A stretch of DNA of 64,000 nucleotides from Candidatus Hydrogenedentota bacterium. GTDB taxonomy: Bacteria > Hydrogenedentota > Hydrogenedentia > Hydrogenedentales > SLHB01. This document shows positions 56,761-64,000 of this stretch, one piece after another (within the stretch, counting starts at the first letter, position 1; each line of letters opens with the position of its first letter). The translations under genes and the position numbers were made by a program. The stretch is from the NCBI GenBank assembly GCA_045863295.1, contig BTWA01000020.1, positions 1 through 64,000 of the forward strand, given 5' to 3'. The notes below the pieces were generated by a model that saw only the letters and a list, made by a program, of their open reading frames with translations, was not told where the DNA came from and made no database searches.

Positions 56761-58959
56761 TCAGGCGACTTTGTCCGCCGCCGGTTCCGCGGGCGTCTCC
56801 GGTTGCTTGCCCACGGCGCCCGGATTGCACTTCTCACACGCCTTCGCGCTCTTGAGCGCCTCAACGCAACATTCGTGCCCGCACGCCGCGCCGCCCGCAA
56901 GCGCCTTGGAGCAGCAACTGTCCGCGTCAAAGAATGCGGCGACTTCGGGTGCCACCGCCGCCGCGGGTTCCGCCGCGGCTTGCTGCGATTTGGGATTGCA
57001 CTTCACGCAGACTTCGCCTTTGGCCGCCGCTTCGACACAGCAAGGATGGTCGCATGTATTGCCTTCCGCGAGGGGCTTGGCACAGCAACTGCCCAGATCG
57101 AACTTGGCAATCAACGCCAGCTTCTTGCCGGCATCCGCATTGCACTTGGCACAGACCTCACCTTTCGCGGCCGCTTCCGCGCAGCAAGGATGGTCGCACG
57201 ACTTGCCCTCGGCTTTGGATTTGCCGCAACAGCCGTCGGCACTGAACAGCGCGGCAAGTTTCGCGGTAACGCCCGCATTGCACTTCGCACATACGGTTCC
57301 CGCCTTGACGGCCGCCAGACAACATTCGTGGCCGCACGCCGTGCCGCCGGCAATGGCTTTGCCGCAGCAGCTCTCCGCGTCCGTGAACAAGGCCACCAAC
57401 TTGGCGGCCATCGCGTTGCACTTGGCGCAGACTTCACCTTTCGCGGCGGCTTCGGCACAGCAGGGATGATCGCACGCTTTGCCGTCAGCCTTGGCCTTGC
57501 CGCAGCAGCCGTCAACCCCGAACAACAACGCCACGGTGGGATTCGCGGGAGCGGCCGCCGGGGTTGCTTCCGGCTTGGCCCCTTGATTCGGATTGCACTT
57601 GGCGCAAGATTCGCCTTTTGCGGCGGCCTCCGCACAGCAAGGGTGGTCACACCACTTGCCTTCAGCCAACGCTTTGGCGCAACAGCCTTCCGCGTCGTAC
57701 TTGGCCACCAACGCCAGTTTTGCCGCGGCGCCCGCGTTGCACTTCTGGCACGCCTCGCCTTTCGCGGCGGCTTCCACGCAGCACGGATGTTCACATGCCT
57801 TGCCCTCGGCCGCGGCCTTGCCGCAGCAGCTTTCGGCGTCGATCAGCAAGGCCACCGGCACGGACGGCTTGGCGGCATCCGCCGGGGCCGCTTCTGGCGC
57901 GGGGGCCGGCGCGGCCTCGGGTGCGGGTGCAGCCTCGGGGGCTGCCGCAACTTGCAGGGCCTGACCCGTGTTGACATCGAGCCCGGGAATGGCGGCGGCC
58001 AATTTCGCGGCGCCCTCAGGCGTCACGCCGCTCTGCCATACGTATAGCTTCTTCAGTTCCTTCAGACCTTCAAGCTGGGCCAGTCCGGCATCGGTTACCG
58101 ACGTGCCGAACAGGTTCAGGTACTCGAGGTGCGGCAGCGCGGCAAGATGCGCCAAGCCCGCGTCGGTAATGGCGGTGCGTTCGAGGTGAAGGCGCGTCAG
58201 ACGCGTCATGCCCGCGATGTTGGCGAGGCCTGCATCGGTCACGCCGGTGCCCGCCAGATTGAGCCACGTGATGTTGGCGGCCATGGGCGCGAGTTGCGCG
58301 AGGCGGTCGTCCTTGACGTCTTGGCCGCCTTGCTGAAAATTCACGGTGATCAACGGGCTCTTCTGATCCAGCGGCAGCGCCAGCGCGCCAAGCGTCTTCG
58401 CGGAGGCCAACGTCTCGGCGGGCAGCGGCGTCACCTCGCCGGCCAATTGCTCCAGAATCTTAAACACTTCCGAGGTGGATTCGGTTTTCGGCGCCATTTT
58501 GACGGCGGAATCCGCCGGGGCCACCTCGCCTTTAGGCTCCTCTACAGGGGCAGCCACGGTGAATGTGCCGAACGATGCGCCCGACTCGATCCATGCCTTA
58601 ATGGTGGCAATCTGTTCGGGAGTCAAGGGATCGCCTTGAGGCGGCATGATGTCCGCATCACCTGCGGGCAGTGAGATGAGTTCAAGCAGAAGACTCTCAT
58701 CCGGCTTGCTCGCAAGTACCACAGGACCGTCTTCGCTGCCTTTCTCGATGGCCTCTTTCGAATCCAGACGCAGAGAAGCCTTTTGCTTCTCCGGCCCGTG
58801 ACAGCCCATGCACCGGGCCTGGAAGATCGGCAAAACTTTCTCGGAAAAGAACTCCGGTCCAACCTCCTCGGCAGTCGCGGCGGGAAGTCCCGCCAAACCC
58901 GCGATCGCAAAGGCGCCAAGAATCAAAACGGTACTGACGTGTGTGCTAAGACGCAGCAT
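56761..58959 (-). CDS. Exported planctomycete-type cytochrome c + LRR + seven Cys/His-rich repeats
   Basis: Signal peptide; VLPIFQARCMGCHG...MPP...IKAWIESGA; LRRs (LNLAGTGVTDAGL etc.); 7x CC-x9-CxHxCC-x9-CxxCN. ATG 58959 after GGGAG. Confidence 0.88.
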   Translation of the reverse strand: MLRLSTHVSTVLILGAFAIAGLAGLPAATAEEVGPEFFSEKVLPIFQARCMGCHGPEKQKASLRLDSKEAIEKGSEDGPVVLASKPDESLLLELISLPAGDADIMPPQGDPLTPEQIATIKAWIESGASFGTFTVAAPVEEPKGEVAPADSAVKMAPKTESTSEVFKILEQLAGEVTPLPAETLASAKTLGALALPLDQKSPLITVNFQQGGQDVKDDRLAQLAPMAANITWLNLAGTGVTDAGLANIAGMTRLTRLHLERTAITDAGLAHLAALPHLEYLNLFGTSVTDAGLAQLEGLKELKKLYVWQSGVTPEGAAKLAAAIPGLDVNTGQALQVAAAPEAAPAPEAAPAPAPEAAPADAAKPSVPVALLIDAESCCGKAAAEGKACEHPCCVEAAAKGEACQKCNAGAAAKLALVAKYDAEGCCAKALAEGKWCDHPCCAEAAAKGESCAKCNPNQGAKPEATPAAAPANPTVALLFGVDGCCGKAKADGKACDHPCCAEAAAKGEVCAKCNAMAAKLVALFTDAESCCGKAIAGGTACGHECCLAAVKAGTVCAKCNAGVTAKLAALFSADGCCGKSKAEGKSCDHPCCAEAAAKGEVCAKCNADAGKKLALIAKFDLGSCCAKPLAEGNTCDHPCCVEAAAKGEVCVKCNPKSQQAAAEPAAAVAPEVAAFFDADSCCSKALAGGAACGHECCVEALKSAKACEKCNPGAVGKQPETPAEPAADKVA
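56820..57850 (-). repeat. Seven intragenic tandem repeats (~46-59 aa units)
   Basis: Recurrent SCCGKA..EGK.CDHPCC.EAAAKGEVC.KCN units, also visible in the DNA. Confidence 0.92.
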
Positions 58960-59082
58960 GGCTACTCCCTTTCCGGCTTTCATTTAGAGGGGTTGCCGGG
59001 ATAGCCCAATCCCAACCAATTCCTGCATTGTGGCACGCCCACGGGCGGCGTGGCAAGCCGGTTGGCCGGAAGGCTGGCCGGC

Positions 59083-60906
59083 CTACTGCATGGACACGCG
59101 TTGTGCGGTGCGGGTGTGCTGCTTTTGAACGGGAACGAGCGGCGGTGAGGACCCCGGGGTGAAATACCGGGCCATGTGCTCGTCAATCTTCGTTGGCACG
59201 GGAAATCCTTCGGTAAACATATCCCTGAGAAAACTGGCATCGGTGTCGCGATGGATCAACGTCCGGTAAAACGCCTCGCGTTTATAGGCGTCCAATGCCG
59301 CGAACTGCGTGCCGTCGGCCAGAGGCGTGAACGCCTCGGGCGCGGTAGCCGCCTCGGCACTGCCAGCAGGGGCGCCCCAGCGAAGCTCGGGCGGATGGTT
59401 GGGGTCAAACGAAAGGTCGTACAGTCGGCGCTCAATCTCCTGCAAGGTCAAGGTCACTTTCTCGCCTTTGGAATTGGTGTATTCAATGGATTTCGAAGCG
59501 AAGATGCGCCGTTTTTCCTGTCGCAATGCATAGGCAAAATCGGCCTGACTGTAAACGCCCTTGCGGGAAAGGCGGTCGAAATTCACCAATTCGGGCCGGC
59601 TCGCGTACCAGTCGATGGCATCGTCGATCCAACTCATCAACTGGAAATACTCGGATCGATAATCCACGTCGAGCGAAGCCGTCGAAAACGAACCCCACCG
59701 GCCCTGTTCGTTGAATACGTTCTGAAAGCGGTTCCCTTCCGGAAACGGGATGGGGCCCTGCGTTTGCACCTCATTCCAACCGGCCTGCACAAATCCCTCG
59801 CGGGTCTTGAACGCCTCGACAATCTGGTCCGCGAATGAATCCAGCATGGCCACCGGATCGATGCTCTCGGCCGTGCGCAGTTTTTCGCGAATATAGGCAT
59901 GAATGCCCTCGGGCTTGCCGGGAAACTGATCCGATTTTCCATTCATCAGCGCTTCGTACACGTCGTATTGTTCGAGCGAATAGCCAAAGGCCTTCATTTC
60001 CTCGTCGGTCATGCGCCGCACACCGGTGACTTTGCCCTCGGCATTCGTTTCCGCATAGGGGAACCGGTACTGACGGAAGCCGCGAAAGCAGCCTGCATAA
60101 GGATTGGCGGCGTTGCTCGATTGGCGCGGAGCAAGCCCCGTCACGGCATTGATGGTGTTGTGGGTGTAAATGTCGCGCGAAACGGCCGTCGTCGCATCCA
60201 GAAAGTACACCTGACCGTAAGGATCCGTATTCCCAAGCACGAGCACGTGCCCATCGTGATAATACATGACGCCCGGCACGAGATACCGGGGGTCAATGGC
60301 AACCGGTACGGTGTCGGAATGCTGCGCGTTTTGAGCGGTCGGTTCCACCCGATAGTTGCCGGTGCAAAAGCCTGTGACCGCGTCGACGAAAAACTGATGC
60401 GTGGACGAATAGTCGAAGCTGCTGGACCAGGTCACAGGCTCGTTCTTGACGGCCGTGCGCAAATCGGTGCCGTCGGTCGACCGCACATACGTGATCATCC
60501 AGGGAAGGCCACGGCGATAAGCGTAATACGAACCCAGCGAAATGGTCAGCTTGCCGCAGTCCAGGATCGTGTGCATCGCATGCATGCTGGCGGGATCGAG
60601 TTGCGGGTTGCTGGGTTCGCCGGCAAACGCGGGGTCCAACAGAAGGTTCATCTCCGGGTCGTTCAGCACGGCCTCGATCTTCGCCAGCCGTTGCTTGGGA
60701 TTGCCGCGCGACTTCACGTGAAAGATGTTCTGTACCCATTTCGAATAGTGCTGAAACTCAGCGGGAGTCCACTGGCGGTAAAGGGGCCAGGCTCCGCGCT
60801 CGGAATGTATCGTGGCCGGGTTCGGATCCTCGGTCCAGGCGGACGTCGTCACAACCAGACAGAGAATCCCAAGTGCAAGACAACTCCGGAGTGGGGATGC
60901 GTTCAC
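59083..60906 (-). CDS. Secreted hypothetical protein, possible papain/NlpC-P60-like Cys-His-Asp domain
   Basis: Signal peptide; ILDCGKL, PGVMYYHDGHVLVL, VYFLDA; C-terminal LSFDPNHPPELRWGA. Confidence 0.7.
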   Translation of the reverse strand: MNASPLRSCLALGILCLVVTTSAWTEDPNPATIHSERGAWPLYRQWTPAEFQHYSKWVQNIFHVKSRGNPKQRLAKIEAVLNDPEMNLLLDPAFAGEPSNPQLDPASMHAMHTILDCGKLTISLGSYYAYRRGLPWMITYVRSTDGTDLRTAVKNEPVTWSSSFDYSSTHQFFVDAVTGFCTGNYRVEPTAQNAQHSDTVPVAIDPRYLVPGVMYYHDGHVLVLGNTDPYGQVYFLDATTAVSRDIYTHNTINAVTGLAPRQSSNAANPYAGCFRGFRQYRFPYAETNAEGKVTGVRRMTDEEMKAFGYSLEQYDVYEALMNGKSDQFPGKPEGIHAYIREKLRTAESIDPVAMLDSFADQIVEAFKTREGFVQAGWNEVQTQGPIPFPEGNRFQNVFNEQGRWGSFSTASLDVDYRSEYFQLMSWIDDAIDWYASRPELVNFDRLSRKGVYSQADFAYALRQEKRRIFASKSIEYTNSKGEKVTLTLQEIERRLYDLSFDPNHPPELRWGAPAGSAEAATAPEAFTPLADGTQFAALDAYKREAFYRTLIHRDTDASFLRDMFTEGFPVPTKIDEHMARYFTPGSSPPLVPVQKQHTRTAQRVSMQ

Positions 60907-61106
60907 GGGTCAGCACTCTCCTTGCAGGATGCGGCAGTTCTTCTCTTCGGATCCGCTGCGTTGGCACGTGCGTGGCCTGCCAAGCGCCCGTCTAGCGTAC
61001 CACAATCGACCGTACAAGTCATCAGACCCAGACCGTGCATCCACCATATGTAGGGGCAGATGAGCAAACGGATCGTTCCGGATCGGCGCACGGGGACATT
61101 CCCCCT

Positions 61107-61136
61107 TTGACAAGGTCGCGGGGTCTGTCGTAGCGT
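61107..61136 (+). promoter_or_regulatory. Candidate sigma70 promoter of the lut operon
   Basis: TTGACA-18 nt-TAGCGT, 24 nt upstream of the lutC ATG. Confidence 0.45.
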
Positions 61137-61160
61137 GACGCCTACTTCGACGGGGAATGC

Positions 61161-61736
61161 ATGAACGACACCACGATACAACAGTTTTGCTCAGCCTTTT
61201 TGGCTGTATCGGGTAAGCCGCACCGGGCCTCCACACTGGCGCAAGCGGCGGCGCTCGTCGTGCAACTTGCCGCGCCACTCGCTCCAAAACCCGTGGCGCT
61301 CGCGAACTTGCCCGAAAAATGGATGACCGCCATCAGAGACGCATGCGGCGCGGCGGGGATCGACGTGGTGGCCCCCCCTTGGATTCATGACAATCTACCC
61401 GCAAGGATTGACGATGCGGGGCTCGGGGTGACCGGCATGGCATTCGCCATCGCAGAAACCGGAACACTCGTGGAAATAACCGAGGACGATGCGGACCGGC
61501 TTGTCTCCGCGTTGCCACGCACCCACATCGGGATCGTGGCTGCGGACACCTTGGTGGGTGCATACCGGGACGCCGCTGGGCCATTGCGGCAAGCCCTTGG
61601 CGCGGACACAAAGAAGTGTACGGTGAGTTTCATTTCAGGTCCCAGCCGAACCGGCGACATCGAATTGAAGTTGACGCTGGGCGTGCACGGACCGGAAGTG
61701 GCCCATGCCATCATCCTTGAATCCGATGAACGCTGA
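61161..61736 (+). CDS. lutC: Lactate utilization protein C (LUD domain)
   Basis: GVTGMAFAIAETGTL, RLVSALPRTHI, FISGPSRTGDIE...LGVHGP. Confidence 0.88.
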   Translation: MNDTTIQQFCSAFLAVSGKPHRASTLAQAAALVVQLAAPLAPKPVALANLPEKWMTAIRDACGAAGIDVVAPPWIHDNLPARIDDAGLGVTGMAFAIAETGTLVEITEDDADRLVSALPRTHIGIVAADTLVGAYRDAAGPLRQALGADTKKCTVSFISGPSRTGDIELKLTLGVHGPEVAHAIILESDER

Positions 61737-62251
61737 TGGGAGACCAACGACAGGTGAACACGCAGGAATTGGCGCTTGAGCTGGAGCGATGCACCAACGA
61801 CGTGCTCGCCTTGTTGGCCGCGGCGCCGGACGAGGCCATTTTTCGCAAACCCGGGGATAGCCAATGGTCTGCCGCGGAAGTGGTCGAGCATCTGATCCTG
61901 CTGGAATTCGGCGTATTGCGCATTCTTGGGGGAACCAGCCTGCCGCCCACCCGCGCCCACGATGCGGAAGTCCCCGCCATTCTGGACGCATTGGAAGACA
62001 CCACAAGGACACTCCACGCACCGCCGCCCATCGCGCCAACCGGCCGCTACCAGGACCGGGAAAAGTTGGTGACCGCGTTCAGCGGCGTTCGCGGTAAACT
62101 GCGCTTATGGCTCCCGGATCACGACGTGACGCTGCTCTATCCCGACTTCCGGCACGCCCTGTTCGGCGAGCTCACGGGGTATGAATGGATCTGCTTTGTC
62201 ATCGGCCATACGCGCCGCCACATGCAACAGATGCAACGCGCGATGGCGTGA
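61736..62251 (+). CDS. DinB-family protein
   Basis: KPGDSQWSAAEVVEHL, HALFGELT..EW, HTRRHMQQ; TGATG coupling to lutC. Confidence 0.85.
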   Translation: MGDQRQVNTQELALELERCTNDVLALLAAAPDEAIFRKPGDSQWSAAEVVEHLILLEFGVLRILGGTSLPPTRAHDAEVPAILDALEDTTRTLHAPPPIAPTGRYQDREKLVTAFSGVRGKLRLWLPDHDVTLLYPDFRHALFGELTGYEWICFVIGHTRRHMQQMQRAMA

Positions 62252-62263
62252 AGGAGTGCGCAG

Positions 62264-64000
62264 GTGACCCAGGAACGGTACAAGCGCCTGAACGCACGGA
62301 TTCAGGAAGCGTTGGACGACAGGTCCAAAAGCCGGGCACTGTTGCATTGCATGCAACGAGGACGGGATAACCGCTCCGTCCGGTTGCAGTCGCTGCCCGG
62401 AGGTGCGTCCTTTCGGGGCGAGGTGAAGGGCGTTAAAGAGCGATGCATCGCGGATCAGGAACGGCTGGTCGCCCACTTCACGGAGAATGCGGAGAAACGC
62501 GGCGTCAAGGTCTTTCGCGCGGCTTCCGGGATGCATGCGATTGAATACATGCTGCGTCTGGCGCGATCGCGCGGCGCAAAAACCATCGCCAAGTCCAAGT
62601 CGCTGACCACTGAAGAGATCGAATTAAACCAGCCGCTCACCGACGCGGGCATGCGCGTGGTGGAAACCGATCTGGGCGAACTCATTATTCAACTGGTGGA
62701 TGAAAAGCCCTATCACCTGGTCTTTCCCTCCGTGCACAAAATGGCCCCCGAAGTGGCGGAGATCTTTTCGAAGGCCACCGGTGCGGCAGTCTCTCCGGAC
62801 ATTCCTTCGATCATGAAAGTGGTTCGCACATACTTGCGCCCCATCTTTCTGAGCGCGGACATCGGGCTGACCGGCGCGAATATCGGCATCGCCGAGACCG
62901 GCGGAATCGTTATTGAAACCAACGAAGGCAATGGCCGGCTCGTATCGAGCATCGGTGACTGCCACGTCTGTGTCATGGGGCTGGAGAAGATCGTGGCCAC
63001 GGTCGAAGATGCGTTGCTGATGGTCATGGCCCATCCCGTGAGCGCATCCGGCCAGTTGCCGACAACCTATGTAACGTGGATGCACGGACACTCGCCGCTC
63101 GGCGAAGCAAGCCGCGCTCGCGAGTCCCACATTATTCTTCTGGACAACGGACGAACCGCGATGCGTGACGACCCGGCCATGCGTGAAGCGCTCCATTGCA
63201 TCCGGTGCGGGGCATGCATGAATGTCTGCCCCACGTACGGCGTGGTCGGCGGACACACGTTCGGGTACATCTATCCCGGTCCCATCGGCATCCCGTGGAC
63301 AGCGCAGGTGCACGGCATGGAGAAAGCTGCTGCGTTTGCGCCGCTGTGCATCTCGTGCGGTCTGTGCAAGGAAATCTGTCCAGCGGACATAGACATACCC
63401 ATGATGATCGCGACCGTAAAGCACAGGGACGCCAAGGTAACCCCACATTCCAAACCCGATCGCACCATGATGAAGGCGGACCGGTTCGCCCGGCTGGGGA
63501 GTGTGACGGCCCGTGTTGCCAATTGGATGTTGAAGAATCCGGCGGCTCGCGCGGGCATGGAGGCGATGCTGGGGGTATCCGCGAAGCGCGTCATTCCGCC
63601 GTTTGACCGGACGCCGTTCACCAGGCGATTTCATGCGCGAACAAGACCGGAGGGGCCGTTCCTGCGCCGGGTGGCGTTGTTCGTCGATGTGTATGCCGAG
63701 TACAACGCGCCACACTTGGCAATGAAAGCGGTGTCACTCCTCGAGGCCGCCGGGTGTGAAGTCGTGCTGCCGGATCAACGGCCCAGCGGGTATCCGTTTA
63801 TCGCGTACGGCGATTTGGATCGAGCCCGGGAAACGGCCGAGTACAACGTGGATAGGCTGGCGCCGTTTGTAAAAGATGGATGCGAGATTGTATCCATTGA
63901 GCCGACGGCGGCCTACTGCTTGCACCATTCCTACGCAGCCTTGTTGGCCGGTGACGATAGAGCGCTCCTCCTCGCAAATCACAGCCACGAATTATTTCCT
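62264..64000 (+). CDS. lutB: LutB-like LUD/2x[4Fe-4S] protein fused to a CCG-like domain (runs off the window edge)
   Basis: Hand translation from GTG after AAGGAG: KSKSLTTEEI, VETDLGE, NEGNGR, CIRCGACMNVCP, CISCGLCKEICP, then VALFVD...EPT. Confidence 0.88.
   Translation, partial: MTQERYKRLNARIQEALDDRSKSRALLHCMQRGRDNRSVRLQSLPGGASFRGEVKGVKERCIADQERLVAHFTENAEKRGVKVFRAASGMHAIEYMLRLARSRGAKTIAKSKSLTTEEIELNQPLTDAGMRVVETDLGELIIQLVDEKPYHLVFPSVHKMAPEVAEIFSKATGAAVSPDIPSIMKVVRTYLRPIFLSADIGLTGANIGIAETGGIVIETNEGNGRLVSSIGDCHVCVMGLEKIVATVEDALLMVMAHPVSASGQLPTTYVTWMHGHSPLGEASRARESHIILLDNGRTAMRDDPAMREALHCIRCGACMNVCPTYGVVGGHTFGYIYPGPIGIPWTAQVHGMEKAAAFAPLCISCGLCKEICPADIDIPMMIATVKHRDAKVTPHSKPDRTMMKADRFARLGSVTARVANWMLKNPAARAGMEAMLGVSAKRVIPPFDRTPFTRRFHARTRPEGPFLRRVALFVDVYAEYNAPHLAMKAVSLLEAAGCEVVLPDQRPSGYPFIAYGDLDRARETAEYNVDRLAPFVKDGCEIVSIEPTAAYCLHHSYAALLAGDDRALLLANHSHELFP

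Noticed and set aside
56820..57850. Cys-rich repeats as a CRISPR array or a canonical multiheme cytochrome
   Set aside because: In-frame coding repeats with synonymous variation; the motif is CxxCN, not CxxCH.
60962..60977. Sigma54-like TGGCAC-GTGCG-TGGC upstream of lutC
   Set aside because: Imperfect -12 element; a sigma70-like promoter lies closer to the gene, so it is not called.

Overview
GC-rich bacterial chromosome segment of a diderm organism (lipoproteins, Wza, PilT, MurB, a planctomycete-type cytochrome c); lineage cannot be fixed from sequence alone. It holds about 53 tightly packed genes. Left end: a probably sigma54-driven polysaccharide export unit (wza, chain-length protein, ExeA-like ATPase) and UDP-xylose synthase, then secreted hydrolases, msrAB, oppABC, pilT, murB, a penicillin acylase and a small nucleotidyltransferase gene pair. 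A Y1 HUH transposase (RAYT-like) sits among two families of palindromic REP-like repeats, followed by guaB. A ~27 kb glycan locus (27.9-55.2 kb) encodes a TMTC-like GT-C, two O-antigen-ligase-family proteins, paralogous TPR and double-CBM proteins, three polyprenyl-phosphate sugar transferases (one lacking the catalytic DE dyad), GT2/GT4 enzymes and gmhA/hddA/gmhB. Right end: an enolase-superfamily enzyme, an exported cytochrome c-LRR protein with seven 7Cys+1His repeats, a possible NlpC/P60-like secreted protein and a lutC-dinB-lutB operon. Top signals: the Cys/His-repeat cytochrome, a 199-bp element present twice exactly between overlapping TTAG stop codons of convergent genes, the mirrored ligase/TPR/CBM module and the pseudo-transferase. 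No rRNA, tRNA or CRISPR array was seen. All assignments are from motif recognition, not database searches.
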